From Octopus sinensis (taxonomy: Eukaryota): a stretch of DNA of 64,000 nucleotides. The first letter of the stretch is position 1; the number at the start of each line of letters is the position of its first letter. Below, piece after piece: positions 11,230-23,333 of the stretch. The DNA is taken from contig NC_042999.1 of the NCBI RefSeq assembly GCF_006345805.1, positions 111,352,001 to 111,416,000 of the forward strand, written 5' to 3'. The translations under genes were made by a program, and so were the position numbers. The notes under the pieces are model-generated. The model did not search any database and was not told where the DNA came from. It was given only the letters and a program-made list of their open reading frames with translations.

Positions 11230-13300
11230 CTACGTATCTACCTTTGTATCTATATATGTATGACAGGTCGCTCTCAAGCGCTTTTGTTAACATGTAACTC
11301 AATGCAACCTGTTGCATGGTTGGGCTGTTGGCGACTAAATTGGCAACTCCCCCAAGCTCGCTTGATGAGGACGGTGATTTTGGGACACCCTGTGACAAAA
11401 TCCATCAAAGGGTGGAAGAACTCATGGGATCAAATGGCCGTTCGAATTATGTGCATATATGCACATGCAGGGTTGATTGATCTCTTTAGACTTATTATAC
11501 AGGCAACCTAACAGATTGTACCTTACTTCCAGACGACTACAGTACCGGGGAGATCAAACTTCGTGAGAATAAAACATGCGGGCTCTAGAATCAGCTCATC
11601 ATCTTATTTTGGCTTGCCATTGGATATTAGATTTTGGAAGAGGTGAGGGTGTTAAACGTGTCGTAAAATCGTTAAGCACTGTCATCAAAAATTATAGAAA
11701 TCTTTTCAAGTCCCACAGCGTGGGAGTAGTGGTGACATGTGCAAGCTCTTGGAGCATATAGTCACAAATCTGCACGTAGGCAGTCCAAGGCCGGTCTAAC
11801 GTCACTGCATTGTTGACAGGAAAACAACGTGCTTTGGCAAGGTGCCAAGAGCCTGAACAGCCAACTCTCAGGTAGCACTGTTCGCCCAGATATTCGAGAA
11901 AGGTCTAGAAAAGGTGACCCAAACAAATGCCATTCCTACCATCAAGCTGGTTAGCAACATACGTCTGTCGGCTGTTCGCAACAGTAGGAAAATCAAAAAA
12001 AAAAAAACAAGGAGCAATCACATCAGTAAGAAACACAGTTTAAGGATGAGAAAGTGGGGTGGCAGGACACTTCTTGATCACGAAGGGACGAGTAACCATG
12101 AACATTGAACTGAGATAATAGCGAAGGAGTTGGCTCGGTACAATACTGACATTGCTGCACTCTCGAAAGCCCTGTTACGCGATGAAGTTCAATTGACAGT
12201 GAAAAGGTGCTGGATACACCCTCTGGAAGGGTAAGCCAAAGGGTGAAAAACGAGAAGTGGGTGTTGGCTTTTGCCATTCTTACAGAGTTAACCCACCTAC
12301 TAGAACAACCTCAGGATTTCAGTGACAGAACCATGCACTTCCGATCATTTTATAACTGTCCATTTTCTTTATGCACCCACTATTAACAGCAGCAACGAAT
12401 CCACGTATTTACCGTGGCTTTATATCAAAAGCCTATATCAGTTATAACTTTGAATCCAAAAGCAGAAAAGATCCTCCTTCTTGGTGATTTCAATGCTTGT
12501 GTTTGATTAATCACGAGACCTACGATGCACTTGAAAAATATGATCTAGGTAAGATGGACAGTTATGGTCCTCGCTTTCTGCACTGAATTTGAACTTGTCA
12601 TTTGCAACACTGTTTTTCATCAGAAGGATATTCATATGGTTACTTGGTTACATTATCACCAGGAAAAAAACCTTTTGTCCTAGTTATGTGGGGTGCAGAA
12701 TGTGGGACAGGCGATAAGGTCTTGCGGGGTAAATTGAAACCCCACATCATGCGTAAAATAAACCTGAGGGAATAAAACTCCATAAAGAATAGATGTGGTG
12801 AAATATATATATCCTTATTCGTGAGCTCCGTTATACTAACGATGTAGTTCTCGTTGCTCTTATCGAAGAAGATGTGCAGTTTATAATGGGTCTCTTCTTT
12901 AGCATTGCTTTTCGATTTACCAGTAGTCTGGAGAAGACAAAGACATGTTCTTTTAGCCTCCATGCTAGCCTTAAGTCGAACCTAATATCTTCGTCCAGGG
13001 TATAAGATTAGATTTGCCTGGCTCCTTCGACTACCTTAGCAGCACTCTCTTTAGAGATGGATCCCTTGATTCCAGCAAAGGTTTGAAAATCATGTGATCT
13101 GATAAGTATCACCACCAAGACCAAACACGACATCTGTGAATCTTAACTGCCTTGTATGTAGTCTGTCGAGACTGGGACTACATAACGTCGTCAGAAACTC
13201 CGAGAAGAGATAAGCAGGCCGAAACTTCGAAGTCACAGTCAACACTATTCTTATTAGAGAAAAATAAATGTGAACATTAACAAAAAGTATGTCGTCTAAT
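11230..13300 (+). mobile_element. RTE-clade LINE with long 5' region, decayed AP endonuclease and RT C-terminal part; large internal deletion
   Basis: About 12030-12765: RTLLD, IIAKELARYNTDIAALS, GKPKGEKREVGVGF, ILLLGDFNA, ELVICNT.F, GAECGTGDKVLRGKL. This is followed almost directly (about 12815) by IRELRYTNDVVLVA (YADD region), LEKTK and FDYLSSTL. The 5' boundary is approximate. Confidence 0.85.
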
Positions 13301-14127
13301 GTTGAATTGTTTTTTTTATAGAAAATTTCAAATGAAACCAAACATGTAAGGATATATATAAGTAGTATATAGATAGATAAATAGATAGACAGATAGATGC
13401 ACACTCCTACATGCACACACACTTGTATACATATATACATGCATACACACCGCCCATACACACACACTCACCCCCCACACACACTCACCCACACACACAC
13501 TCACCCACACACACACTCACCCACACACACATACATGTATATTATTCGTTAATATCATCGAATGTTTCTTTGTAGAATCAAATTTATTACTTTGTCCCTC
13601 TCTTTTGTAAATAACAAATGCACGCGTACGCACACGCACACACATACTCACACATATACACACACACGCACTCGCACCCGCACACACATGCGTACATACA
13701 TATGTACACGCGCACGAATACATGCACATACATACACACACACATACACATATACCAAAATATCATCACATCTTGCTGTTCCTTGCACTAGAAAATAGTC
13801 CCAGGTGTTAATCGAGGCTAAATGAATTATCTTTAAAAAATGTCCCATGAAATTATAGATATTTCTGTTCATAATTATAATCTTTCTACTGAAAAGAGTG
13901 AACGCAAAAAATATCTTTCTTCAGACTTTAGAACAATAATCGATAACCTGTTATTAATGTTGTCAGTATTACAGATATTATTAGGGTACTAAATTGGTGT
14001 AGCTGATAACAAGATCATTGCTCCATTAGTTACATCGCTTCTTTCTGAGTTCAAATTCCATATGGCTTGCTTAACCTTCGGTCATCCTGGATCTGACAAA
14101 TAAGTAACACTGTAACACTTACTTCGA

Positions 14128-14514
14128 TATTGGTTTCAAATTTCGGCACAAGGCCAGCAATTTCGAGGAAAAGCGTAAGTCAATTATATCGGCTCCAGTG
14201 CACATCTGATACTTATTTTATCGATTCCGAGAGGATGAACGACACAGTCAGCCTCGACAGCATTTGAGGTCAGAACGTAAAGACAGATCAAATACCTATT
14301 TCTTTACTACCCACAACGGGCTAAATACAGAGAGGACAAACAAGGACAGACGAACGGATTAAGTCGCTTATATCGATCCCAGTGTGTAACTGGTACTTAA
14401 TTTATCGACCCCGAAAGGATGAAAGGCAAAGTAATTTGAACTCAGAACGTAACGGCAGACGAAATACGGCTACGCATTTCACCCGGCGTGCTAACGTTTC
14501 TGCCAGCTCGCTAC
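14128..14514 (-). mobile_element. SINE family 2 heterodimer joining two tail variants
   Basis: Head at 14514, GGGTAGTAAAGAAATAGGTATTT junction at about 14290-14312, second unit ending in the GGCCTTGTGCCGAAATTTGAAACCAATA tail. Confidence 0.9.
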
Positions 14515-14518
14515 CACA

Positions 14519-14729
14519 CGAGGGGTGTTGAAACGTTCCTGTCTTTAAGGGTATCCCGAAGAGACTGGCGGAGAACCAATCTTCTGAGTTCTTTTGCAGT
14601 AGAGAAACTGAAGGACCCTTGTAATAAATGTGATAACCTGAGAGGTGAATATGTTGAATTAAATATCGATTTACAGATCTTCCTGTAATTTCTTTCACCC
14701 AAAGTCAGGAACTTATCAGCATCCTTTCG
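14519..14729 (+). mobile_element. Mariner-derived MITE (deletion derivative, about 210 bp)
   Basis: Imperfect TIRs CGAGGGGTGTTGAAACGTTCCTGTCTTT and (rc) CGAAAGGATGCTGATAAGTTCCTGACTTT, TA on the right flank, and internal CNKCDNLRGEYVE resembling the mariner transposase C-terminus. Confidence 0.75.
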
Positions 14730-15478
14730 TAAATACTTAGTTCGACATTTCTACTGTTTCTTACCTGCGCTATTCATACGTTTGTAATCAACGCTAATTA
14801 ATAAGCATGTACAACTTTGATTTTCCGAAACTTTTGCTTCCACAGCCTTCCTAGATTACAAACATTTCTGAAGAGGCAGTGGTCAGCTTGATCAACACAC
14901 TCTAAATTAAGCAAATATTAAATGTACCTAAATGATTAAATGAAATACAGGTACACATGCAATAGTATGAATGATACACGCCTAGGTACCAGTAAACTTG
15001 TCTGACGTACGCAGGAGTTTTAGGTTCCAGCTCGTAAATTAGAGCGGACTGAAAGAGGTTCCGAATGTCTGTTTCTGCAGTTTTTAGTAGTGTAAAGTTC
15101 TCAACTGACTGAGTTCATGATGTTTTTCTGGCTCTGATATATTTCATTTAGGTTGCTAATGATCTGGAGAATAGAACAAGCTTCTCGAAGTCAAATTTGT
15201 ATCTCCTATGTACCGTTTTGTATATCGCCCAAGCTTTTTTAAAAATTAGGAAAAGTGGTTGTAGGCTTAAGACAACATAGTTGAAGCTGAAATGTTTGCA
15301 TCAAAGTTCAGTTCGATCTGGGCAGAGAAATGGTTACACAACAACCATGACAACAATAGCAACAGTAATATATGCAGCGTTCAGCTAAGCTTGCTGGGCG
15401 AGGCAGAAAATTAAATTTTTTGATGAATCTAACCTATTTTACAACATCTCACAACTAGAGAGAGAAACAGGGAAACAA

Positions 15479-15521
<43 letters not shown>

Positions 15522-15719
15522 AAAAAGAAAGAGGGCAGGAAGAGAGATAGAGAGAGAGAAAGAGAGGAAAGCGATAGACAGGCAGACACGATGAATGGCA
15601 TTTTATGACATCCTTTTCCAGTTTGCATTAATTTCTTTTATCTTATTTAAAGAATCCTTCCAAATGGCACTTCGGTGCCTGAGTGTTGTCTTAGCATTCT
15701 TGCCGCTTCTGAATCTGCT

Positions 15720-15931
<212 letters not shown>

Positions 15932-16294
15932 GCCTGTGCCATCTGCACCTCCACCTCATTCCTATTTGAAATGGTATTTTGAGCTTCGGAATAATGTGAA
16001 TATTTTTTCTTTTTTCTTTTTTCTTTTTCTATTTTATTGTTTATTTATTTATTTATTTACTTTAATTTAATTTTTAATTTGATGAAATAGTTACTGAACC
16101 AGCATTTAATAATATAAACACAATGAAGCAATTCATTAACTTCTCGTACTAATCGGCTAATATGCTTAATTAACACAAGTCAGTTTAGCAAGATATTAAC
16201 AGCTGGACGGGCTTTCATGCAGAATCCAAGTCCATGGAACTGTGATTATTGGAGCAGGTTTAATTGCAGCATTTATCAAAGATGACGAGGATAA

Positions 16295-16566
16295 ATCATC
16301 ATGATGATGGTGATGAAGATGATGGCGTTAATGGTGATGATGATGATGATGATGATGATGACGAGGATACCAACGAGCACGACGATGATGAGGGTTATGA
16401 TGATGATGATGATGACAATGGCTTTGATGCCGTTGATGATTACGACGATAATGTTGATGATGACGATGAGGATGAGGAACATGTTGACGGCGACAACGTC
16501 GAACACAACGATGATAAGGGCTATAATGAACACAACGATGATAAGGGCTATAATGAACGTGATGGA

Positions 16567-16602
<36 letters not shown>

Positions 16603-16640
16603 GATGACGATGATGATGACGATGGTGATGAGGATAAGGA
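16295..16640. repeat. Degenerate (GAT)n low-complexity tract with a 24-bp tandem duplication
   Basis: GAACACAACGATGATAAGGGCTATAAT-like unit occurs twice at about 16501-16555. Confidence 0.9.
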
Positions 16641-17069
16641 TCATACAAATGAAGCGGCATTATTTGTCAGTCTTTAAACATCTCTACAGAATTAATTACT
16701 TGGCTTATCGAGCTGAAGTTAACGAGTGTTATACCTCAACGTGGATTTTAGATTACCTAAGAATAGGGGCCGAATTCTGCATGACGTCTTAAAAAGAAAG
16801 AATATATTACGAATTGCGTAGTTCTAGATATGCCATACATAAATAAAAAGGGATTGTAAGAGTTGGAATGTTTTTGATAACAGAACTTTTCGAACTATAG
16901 AATATCATGGAGTAACATTGTCACATATTTATTTGCTCAATATAATCAGTAAATTTTATAGTAACTCTATTATATATTTTCTACCCAAATGTAACGTTTA
17001 TAGATGCCTGCCACTGAGGTTGTTTTTAATGCGTCGCATGATCATAAATGTATAATTGAAGCCCTAATT

Positions 17070-17975
17070 TACATTGAACCGCAAAAGAAACACGATTTTT
17101 TCAAATGTAACTTTTATATGGTAAATTCTGAAAATTTATTTCGGGGATGTACGTGTAAATATCCCAAGACATTCTGGTTTATGACTGAGACCCAAATTGC
17201 AGCTAACCTTTCAACTTTCCCTAAAACGAGACGCCAAAGTGCAGCTGCGTTGGATGCCATGGGTGGCAATCAGAAACAATTGTCATGAGAACCGAAAAGC
17301 ACGTGCATCTCGTTGAGGTTATGGCTATAAAAATCAACTTGAACCGCGTTCCTGAAATTCGTCATTTGGACGCATCAGGTATGACTCGTTTGTCAGCGGC
17401 GCGGAGAGAACAAGCTATCGGCCGATTGCAAGCAGAGCAGTGTGCTCTGGTTGATGCGAAAGCTTGCAATGTCCATATCAGCACCATCTATCGCCTGTAA
17501 CAGCAATACAGCACTGCAGACCATGCCCGCAGAGGGTACCCACCTGCAACACATCCGTGATCGCTTCAGACCTGCTAGCGTGACAGTTCCCGAGACCATG
17601 GACAGCGACCCATCAACGACGACACGGTGCGACGTCGACTGGCGGCCAACAATCTGCGTTACCGTCGTCCTGCTCGAGTGCCTGTCCTCACCGCCCACCA
17701 CCATCAGGCACGACTACAGTGGGTTACACAACACCAACATTGGCAGCATCAGCAATTAAGATCGGTAGTCATCTCTGACGAGAGCCGGTACTGCACTTCC
17801 ACATCGTATGGTTGAGTGAGGGCGTGGCGTAGATGTGAGGTGGGTTGGGCAAAACAACATGGTTTGGGTGTTGTCGGTCTGAATCAGAGAAATGGGCCCC
17901 ATGTGTTCCAAAATGCTAGTGCAGGCAGAGGGAATGGCATCACAGCGCAGCACTGCTTTGACCAGATCCTAAAAA
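17070..17975 (+). mobile_element. Tc1-family DNA transposon, 3'-truncated, with a decayed transposase at about 17371-17970
   Basis: MTRLSAARREQAIGRLQA...NVHISTIYRL (HTH), TVRRRLAANNLRYRRPARVPVLTAHHHQARLQW, VVISDESRY (first catalytic D). Left end TA-CATTGAACCGCAAAAGAAAC; no right TIR found. Confidence 0.88.
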
Positions 17976-18636
17976 ATAATAGAAAAAAAGACCATTATAC
18001 TGATGATAAATATGTATTTTCCTGATTCGCACTTGACTTTGCACTAATCAAGATAATTTAGTAGGCTTACAACAGATCGCCAAGAAAAAAATCCCTGTCA
18101 ATTACGGTTGATTGACATGAAATAAATACCAGTTGAATACTGAGGTCGATATAATTAGCTTACTCTCTCCCTTACAATTGTCAACATTTGAAATTATCAT
18201 CATTAGCAGTAGTAGTTATAGCAGTGACTGCAGCAGCAGTAGCGCCGGCAGCAGCAGTAGCGCCGGCAGCAGCAGCAGTAGTAGTAGTAGTAGTAGTATC
18301 AGTAGTTCTGACGTCTACAATGAATGGGTAATGCTACATAATCGAAGAAATATAGCGATGATGAAAATAGTATGATGAGGATGTTGACGTCGATGATGGG
18401 AAGAACGACGATTATACTGAAGAGAATAAGCATGACGAGGATGATTAGAAGGAGAAAAAAAAAGAAGTCAAGGATGTTGATAGGGGTGGGTAGCGGAGAA
18501 GGTAACGGGGGGTGGTATATTAAGGACTGAGATACAAAGAAGAAAAGGAGGATGAAAACGTGCAAATGTAATGAAAATGCTTATTATCATTATTATTATC
18601 ATTATTATTGTTAGTAGAAGTAGTAGTAGTAGTAGT

Positions 18637-18693
<57 letters not shown>

Positions 18694-19020
18694 GGTGGTG
18701 GTAGACAGACCCAGAGGGTAACGGACACAACGACACCGACGCCAAAAATTAAATGACGCAGCCCTCGTCCTTCAAATGCTGTCTTGTTCTTACTGTGTCT
18801 TCTGTCGATAATCTTAAAACACGACATAATACCTAATGAGAAAATAAATTAATCACATGACTATAAATCTTGCAGAGAAAAACTTGACAAGGCATTTAAA
18901 TATTTAAAAATATTTCAAACACCGAAGAGGGGAAATCGGAAGATTTAGGAATTTCAGAGGAAGTAAATCATTGGGTATAAGTTAAATGTGCACGAATGTA
19001 TGTAGTTTGTTTGCATATAC

Positions 19021-19060
<40 letters not shown>

Positions 19061-19672
19061 GCGCGTGTGTGTGTTCTACAATGAGAATATTGCAAGATAT
19101 ATAGGTGTATACATAAACACACATACATCCTTCCGCCCATGTGTATATGTATATGTGTGTGCGTTTGTGTGTATTTGTGTGTGCGCGTGTGTGTGTGTGT
19201 GTGTGTTTGTGTGTGTGTGTGATGGGCATTATATATAAATTAATACTAACACACATATATATGGATTAATACTCACACACTTATATGGATTGATTCGCGT
19301 AATAATGTATCTTCTAAGCATTAAAAATGAAATTGTCCAGAGAAAATGTGTGAGATAACTGACACAAAGATGAGTTGCTCCGAGTATCGGTTCTCCATGT
19401 GTCGATACTGAAGTGATAAAAATTAAACATGGTATCAGTGGAATCTGAGCACAGAACAAAGCGAACCAGAAAAAATACCACATGGTGTCACATCTGATGC
19501 TGTGAAGACTGCCAAATTGGTGGCTCTTCGTAGGCATATATACACATAGACACACTCACACACACACACACACACACACACTCATACACACATACATACA
19601 CACACACACACATATATATATATGCACACACACACACAAACATATATATATACTTTATATATATATATATAT

Positions 19673-19878
19673 ACATTATTTACAGTATTTACATTTGACG
19701 GATATTTATCCTCATTTTGTGTGTTGTTAACGCAACGTTCCGGCTGATATACCCTCCAGCCTTCATCAGATGTCTTGGGGAAATTTCGAAACTGGGTTCT
19801 CATTCCTAACGTATTTTTCTATGTTGTTGTTGTTGTTGTTGTTATTATTATCATTATTATTATTATTATTATTATTAT

Positions 19879-19947
<69 letters not shown>

Positions 19948-20040
19948 TAGTAGTAGTAGTATTTAGGTTTAGGTCACTGCTTGGAATCGAACTCGGAATC
20001 TTGGGGTTAGTAGCCTGCTCTCTTAACCACTTCGCCATAG
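19673..20040 (-). mobile_element. Composite SINE-like element: tRNA-like head, microsatellite linker and hammerhead-bearing tail
   Basis: Head 20040-19975 with A box TGGCGAAGTGG (20037-20027) and B box GAGTTCGATTCC (19994-19983); (ACT)n(AAT)n(AAC)n linker 19962-19823; unique tail 19822-19673 containing a hammerhead core and ending at (TA)n. Confidence 0.75.
19729..19774 (-). ncRNA. Minimal hammerhead motif, degenerate (GGAA instead of GAAA)
   Basis: GACAT CTGATGA A GGCTG-gagggtatat-CAGCC GGAA C GT T GCGTT. Stem II is 5 bp; stem III is the palindrome ACGT. A plus-strand partial copy at 20050-20068 keeps an intact CAGCC GAAAC. Confidence 0.6.
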
Positions 20041-20061
20041 GTCCGTGTAGGGTGTATCAGC

Positions 20062-20155
20062 CGAAACGATGAAAGGCAAAGTCGGCCTCGCTACTATTTA
20101 AATTCAGAACGTAAAGACGGAAACATTTTGCCCAGTGTGCTAACATTTCAGCAAG
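20062..20155 (-). mobile_element. SINE family 2 fragment
   Basis: GATGAAAGGCAAAGTCG...TTCAGAACGTAAAGACGG...GTGCTAAC on the plus strand. Confidence 0.75.
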
Positions 20156-20567
20156 ATCCCTGTCTTCTGTACCGGAAATAATATTGTAAGACATTTTAAC
20201 CGGCGTTCTAACAATTCTTCTGATTCGTCTCTGTGATACGCTATGCTTCAAAATTATATGGGATAGTGACGGGTTGAATGTTATGGATACTAATTTTGGT
20301 TGATCTGAACTATTCGGGTTTAAATAACAATAAACCGCAAATTTATTCTAAATTTTGGATTGAGAAACTCGTTAGAAAGCTGTAATGAACATTTTCACTT
20401 TCTTACACTACATACATACGTGTATGCATATAATTAAATTTAGCTATATGTCTATATACGTATGTTTAAACATGTATATATGTATATTGATGTGTTCTTA
20501 TACACACATATATATATTATGTAAATATATGTGTTTATATATATCTGAATATACAGATATACATAAT

Positions 20568-20633
<66 letters not shown>

Positions 20634-21948
20634 TTATAAATACCTGTGTTTGTACGTATATGCTCATACACATATACATACATACATACATACATACATA
20701 CATACACTTACACATATATGCATACAGATCCTAATATATTTCAGGGTTGATTGGCCATTCATCAGAGTATAAGCGTCCCCGAGTCTTTATCACAATGAGA
20801 ATTGGACAGGAACAAATTCACAGAAGTGGTTACGTTATTTTTCTGTGTGCAAAGAGTATAAGAATATGTATAGTCGTTTACTAAGCAATCTTTCTACTAG
20901 TCAATCTGTTCAAAGAGTGTGCTAACTGCATTTAATTCAATTTTGATATTCCAAAACATGCTGCATGTGCATAACATATTTAAGTGCTTAATAAACACTT
21001 GAAGCTTATACGGGATATATAAATTGTCTGTCCATGTTCACTCGGTTATGATATGCGCACTATTTCAAAGACAGATTGCCCTTGAGCCCTCACCATGAAA
21101 TAAAGTGCCAAGGCAATCTCCTTATTTTTCCAATTTCGAAAAGAATAAGTTGATTTCCACATTTTACGAGTTACAGACTTTATTCTATATTCATTCGTAC
21201 CTAATGTTTTCTGGGCATATACATACATTCATACATACATACATGTATACATACATACATGCATACATACATAAATACATGCATACATACATACATAAAC
21301 ACACACACTCACACATTACTGGTATATTATTTATATATACTTGGTGCACATTCGAAGCACATTCGAAGTTACGGGTTCGAACGAGCCCCAAACATATTTG
21401 AACATGTAATAACGTTGCACACACACACACACATACACATACACACCTGCATACATAATACATACATGCGTATACATACATACATACATACATACATACA
21501 TACATACATACATACATACATACATACATAATGCCCATATATACATGTGTATGTATGTATGTATGTATGTATGTATGTATGTATGTATGTATGTATGTAT
21601 GTATGTATGCATATATGTACGTATGCATATTTGAATACACACATACATGTATAATGGATTCATTATATTACAAATCGTCTTCATTATCCATCTGAAATTC
21701 CTGTCGGAACTAGTCAACTTAAATGTAGCTTATCCCTCAAATATATTTTACATACGGCAAACGCCATTCAGTAAAAAGTAAATACTGCTGTGTTACGTTC
21801 ATAATTCATCTTTCTTTCGACAGTTGAAATTAATTCACTTCATTTATGCAGATAAATACCTTTGAGATATGCACTCATGTGACAGAGTCTTATTTTACTT
21901 TCTCTAATAAATTTGTCGTATTGTACCTAAGTCAAAAAAATGAAAGCA

Positions 21949-21993
<45 letters not shown>

Positions 21994-23011
21994 CATACCC
22001 CTTAAACTATTTCAAACATATTAAGATTTTCGAAAAAAATTCTTACTACTTAAATTATTCTGTAACATTTCCCAAAGTTTCTGGAACTCTCGTAGGATTT
22101 CCTTTTCAGTTGGAATGTTTGCTGCTCTTAGTGAACGCTTAATAATAATAAAAAAAAGGTATTAAATTCTTTTCCATTCAATTGAGCAGTTAACAAGCAT
22201 GTCAAGCACAAATATTAGGCTGCTGTGTATAAATGCTGAATTTTGAAAACAAGCATTAAAAAAAGGCGGGGGAAAAATAAAAAGTAGGAGATAAAAATGC
22301 AGCATACCGTATGCTTGATACAGAATGATCACTGCTAATTTGCATCATATTCTCTAATACTGTTACACTTAATTTATTTATACCCGAGTTTATAGAAGTA
22401 AAAATAATTCCGAAGAAATTTAATGACACAAAGAATTAAAATGTGAGGATTTTGCTCAAGTTCGTTTGGAAAAAATAAACATAGCATTGAAGGCAAATAT
22501 ATTTACTGATATAATTTATATCTCTGATGTGTATTAGTTCAGACCAAAATATTTGATCGTATTAGTTTGATGTCTTGTAATATGTCAGCTGTTTCCTTAA
22601 ATGTTTTCTTTGCACATTGATTTAAACACTAATGTCGAGGCTCCAGTAACATTACTACACGTCTCTTGAAATTAGTTGGATTATATATTTGCATGGTAAA
22701 GATGAGTGGTAATCAGTATTAAGAAAGATTAAATAAACAAATAAAAAATTTACCTGAAAAAGTTTTAATGCGAGCTTTCTTTCTATATTTGTATCAAGAT
22801 ATTTTGTAAAATTCAAAGAGAAATTATAAATGTTGAAGAAAGTTTTCTACTTGGTAAGAACGTAAAACTGACGTTGCTTTATGTTGCACGCATGGCAAAT
22901 TGTTCAGCTTTCTACTTTTTGATAGTTTCACTTCATGGCTGGTCGTAGTTTTTGAATATATTGAGTCGAATCACTTTGGTATATTGGTGCCATAGCTGCT
23001 GAAATACTTAC

Positions 23012-23202
23012 AAGCAAGTATCACACGCGTCCACTGCTCTAGTTTTATAGTTATTAAGATAGTTAATCTAGTTAAAACTGTCTTCATTTATATTTAACAA
23101 GCTGGTGCACACTCAAAAGTAGAAAGGCATTCGCCCTGGTAACCTTGGCCGATGAAGCGCAACGGCTCAGAAACACGTGTCTCACAGTCCAATGACGTCA
23201 TT
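23012..23202 (-). promoter_or_regulatory. Candidate Pol II promoter and short first exon of a minus-strand gene
   Basis: Palindromic CRE AATGACGTCATT (23191-23202) overlapping CCAAT (23189-23193), E-box CACGTG (23174-23179), TATAAAT on minus (23092-23086) and a GTAAGT donor at 23011, in a CpG-retaining, repeat-free stretch. Confidence 0.5.
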
Positions 23203-23333
23203 CATAGCCCAGCTTGATGTGTTTTTAGACACATTATTTGTAAGGAGAATTTCGATTCCGAGACAGTCACATGTCGGGGTGTACACATACAAATTAAATA
23301 CAAATGCAAAATATAAATGCAAGCAAGGTTGAT

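Noticed and set aside
11360-11420. TTGATGAG...GTGACAAAA hammerhead-like string in the RTE leader
   Set aside because: Both core halves are mutated and there is no U-H cleavage site or stem I.
16264-16677. 137-aa Asp-rich ORF reminiscent of acidic biomineralisation proteins
   Set aside because: It is a degenerate (GAT)n tract open in several frames on both strands, with no signal peptide or splice support.
22745-22775. Adjacent polypyrimidine-CAG|GT on minus, resembling a recursive splice site
   Set aside because: A single motif that is expected by chance and cannot be tested without nascent RNA data.
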